Source of the DNA: Chiloscyllium plagiosum
Taxonomy: Eukaryota
Assembly (NCBI RefSeq): GCF_004010195.1
Contig: NC_057718.1
Coordinates: 50,050,450-50,114,449 of the forward strand
Reading direction: 5' to 3'
DNA: 64,000 nucleotides
Positions 60,498 through 64,000 of the stretch are shown piece after piece. The notes beneath the pieces are model-generated. The model had not been told where the DNA came from. It saw only the letters and a program-made list of their open reading frames with translations, and searched no databases. The position numbers and the translations under genes were made by a program. The first letter of the stretch is position 1. The number at the start of each line of letters is the position of its first letter.

Positions 60498-63400
60498 GAT
60501 TCTGGGTAATTCAAGATGGAAGACAGGAAAAACGTCTGGCTGTAAGAGCTGCTTCTTTTTTGAGGTATTTTAGGAATTGCAGGTGATTTCCTCAAATTCC
60601 AGGAGCAGTAATTACTGTTTTATATGTTGTTGCATTGTTTTGGAACTTTGAAGAAAAAAAATCAAAACAACTGCACTTAAAAAGGAGGAAGAGAACAAAG
60701 GTAGAGACCATGTGATCAGTGAGAGAGAGAGAAAAAAGGAATCCTACACTGCTGTCTGACACAGCAGTGAATCTGCACAGCTACTGTCTTTGCTGTTTGA
60801 GTTCAAGTATTCCTGGACATCAGAGTGCTTTTCAGAAAAAAAATAACAAACAGCGAAATTCACAGCTGACCTTGGAAGAACCTGTGTGAGAGAGCTCACA
60901 GCACAGGAACAGATAAGTGCATGGCTTTTAAGTGTAACCTTGGTGTCTCTTTTTAATAGTGAGTAGAGTGCATTCTTTTTGGTTATATGTTTTATTAAGG
61001 TCTGTCTTTTGCTTAAAATTTGAAAATATAAACAATATAGGTACTAAGTTAGCTTGGAACAGTGTTTTTTTAGAGCAGTAAGACAGTGCTATTTTCTGTA
61101 GGTTCTTGAGATGCAAAGATGGACTTTAGTAGAGTGATGTACTGTTCCTGCTGGATGTGGGAGGTTAGGGAGAGTTTCCATGTTAGTGATGATTATGTCT
61201 GCAGTAAGTGTGTTTGGTTACGAATCCTATCAGATCATATGGATCAGTTGGATTGGCAGTTAGAGACAACCAGGAATTTACAGGAGCTAGGGGTGTGATG
61301 AATGGCAGATATAGGTGGGAAGAAAAACCGCAGATACAGTCAGGTAGATGGGTTACTGCCAGGAAAGGTAGGAGAGGGAGGCCAGGAGTGTAGGAGTCTC
61401 CTGTGGCTATTCTCCTCTCAAACAAATACGCTGTTTTGGAAAACGTCAGGGGTGATGGACTCACAGGGGAATGTAGCATGAACTGCCAAGTTTCATTACC
61501 GAGTCTGGTTTGAATGTGACTTGTAGAAGAAGGACAGATTGCACCTAAATTGGAAGGGGACTAATATATTGGCAGGGAGATTTGCTAAAGCTGCTCAGGA
61601 GGACTTAAACTAGCAAGTTGGTGGGGGAGGGAGGGGGGGAGGGGTAGGATCCAGGGAAATAGTGAGGAAACTGATCAGCCTGAGACTGGTATAGTTGGGA
61701 AAAGGGGCAAGTCAAACTGTCAGGCCAGGCAGGAATGAAACTGAGAATGAGATAAACTGCATTTATTTCAATGCAAGAGGCCTAACATAGAAGGCAGAAG
61801 AACTCAGGGCATGGTCAGGAACATGGGACTGGAATATCATGGCAATTACAGAGACATAGCTCAGGGATGGACAGGACTGGCAGCTTAATGTTTCAGGATA
61901 CAAATGCTATAGGAAAGATGGAAAGGGGACAAGAGGTGAGGGGGTGTGGTATTTTTGATATGGGACAACATTACGACCATACTTAGGGAGGATATTCCTG
62001 GGAATACGTCCAGGGAAGTTATTTGGGTGGAACTGAGAAATAAGAAAGGATGATCACCTGACTGGGATTATATTATAGACCTCTCCAGTAGTCAGTGGAA
62101 AATTGAGAAACAAATTTGTAAGGATATCTCAGTTATCTATAAGATTAATACTGTGGTTATGATTGGGAAGGTGTCAGTGGGGGAGCACTTTGGGGGCCAG
62201 TGACCATAATTCTATTAGCTTTAAAATAGTGATGGAAAAGGTTAGACTAAAAGTTAAAGTTCTAAATTGGAGGAAGGCCAATTTTGACAAGATTAGGCAC
62301 AAACTTTCAAAAGTTAATTTGGTGCGGATGGTCACAGGTAAAGAGATGGCTGGAAAATGGGAAGACCTTAAAACTGAGATAACGATAGTCGAGAGACAGT
62401 ATCTACCTGTTACAGTGAAAGGCAAGTCTAGTAGGTGGAGGGAATGCTGGATGACCAGAGAAATTTAGGTGTTGGTCAAGGAGAGTAAGGAAGCAAATAT
62501 CAGGTACAGACAGCGAGATCGAGTGAATCCCTATAAGTGTATAAAGGCAGTAAGAGTATACTTGAGGGAAATTAGGAGGGCAAAAAGGGGACATGAGGTA
62601 GCTTTGGCAAATAGGGCTAAGGAGAATCTAAAGGGATTTTATAAACACATTAAGGACAAAGGGATAACTGGGGAGACAATAGGACCCCTCAAAGATCTAC
62701 GTGTGGAACTCCAGGAGATGAAGGAGATACTAAACAAGTATTTTGTATCAGTGTTTACACTAGAGAAGGACAAGAAAGATATAGAATGTGGGGAAGTAGA
62801 CAGTGACATCTTAAAATATCCATACTACAGAGGAGGAGGTGCTGGATGTCTTAAAATACATAAACGTAGATGAATACCCAGGACCTGATCAGGTGTACTT
62901 GAGAATTCTGTGGGAAGGTGGGGAAGTGATTGCTAGGCCCCATGCTGAGATATTTGTATCACTGGTAGTCACAGGTGAGGTGCCAGAAGACTGGAGGTTG
63001 GCTAACATGGTGCCACCATTTAAGGAAGGTGGTAAGGAAAAGCCAGGTAACTATAGACTGGTGAGCCTGACATCGGTGGTGGGCAAGTTGTTAGAGGGAA
63101 TCCTGAGGGACAGGATTTGCATGCATTTGGATAGGCAAGAACTGGTTGTGGATAGTCAACATGGCTTTGTGTGTGGGAAATCATGTTTCACAAAATTGAT
63201 TGGGTTTTTTGAAGAAGTAGCAAAGACGATTGATGAGGGCAGGGGAGTGAACGTGATCTATATGGACTTCAGTAAGACGTTCGACAAGGTTCCTCATGGC
63301 AGATTGGTTAGCAAGGTTAGATCTCATGGAATACAGGGAGAACTAGCCACTTAGATGCAGAACTGGCTCAAAGGTAGATAACAGTGGGTGGTGGTGGAGG

Positions 63401-64000
63401 GTTACGATTGGTACTGAGTCACTGCTTTTCATCATTTATATCAATGATTTGGATGTGAACATAGGAAATATGGTTAGTAAGTTTGCAGATGACACCAAAA
63501 TTGGAGTTGTAGTGGACAGCGAAGGAGGTTACCTCAGATTACACTGGATTCTTGATCAGATGGGCCAATGGGCTCAGGAGTGCCAGATGGAGTTTAATTT
63601 AGATAAATGCAAGGTGCTGCAATTTGGAAATGCAAATCAGAGCAGAACTTATACACTGAATGGTAAGGTCCTGGGTGTGTTGTTGAACAAAGAGACCTTG
63701 GAGTGCAGGTTCATAGTTTCTTGAAAGTGGAGTCGTGGGTAGATAGGATAATTAATTGAGTTTAGGAATTGGGAGGTCATGTTGCAGCTGTACAGGACAT
63801 CGGTTAGGCCACTGTTGGAATATTGTGTGCAATTCTGGTCTACCTTCTACAGGAAAGATGTTGTGAAACTTGAAAGGGTTCAGAAAAATTTACAAGGATT
63901 TTGCCAGGGTTGAGCTATAAGCTGGGGCTATTTTTCCTGGAGCGTCTGAGGCTAAGAAGTGACTTTAGCGAGGTTTATAAAATCATGAGGGGCATGGATA
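60498..64000 (+). mobile_element. Second near full-length CR1, with internal deletions, running off the window
   Basis: 5'UTR homologous to 29272; ORF1 ATG at about 61119; EN (YFNARG) and RT (YMDFSKTFDKVPHGRL, KFADDTKIG). Confidence 0.95.

Overview
Eukaryotic, repeat-dominated DNA from a cartilaginous fish (shark). This is inferred from HE1-like tRNA-derived SINEs and HER1-like CR1 LINEs that share a 3' tail. The window looks intronic or intergenic, and I can identify no intact host protein-coding gene. Contents: one near full-length but disabled L1 (9321-15448); two near full-length CR1 LINEs (29272-33525 and 60498->64000) plus many CR1 fragments; a Rex1/Babar LINE split by nested insertions; an RTE fragment; a second degenerate LINE family; many Penelope-like fragments carrying minimal hammerhead ribozyme cores; HE1-like SINEs; a TA-target MITE; a solo LTR; a Gypsy gag remnant; and two spliced Harbinger-type Myb/SANT remnants. 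Most notable observations: (1) an apparent L1 3' transduction bracketed by a 13-bp TSD; (2) a 334-bp inverted duplication with no mismatch that I could find and a template-switch junction, inserted into an old RTE; (3) short hairpin-shaped Penelope-derived inserts with hammerhead cores and TSDs; (4) a repeat-free island with candidate regulated alternative exons (22.6-23.0 kb). There is one assembly gap (30458-30600). Family assignments come from motif recognition by eye, not database searches, and many boundaries are approximate.
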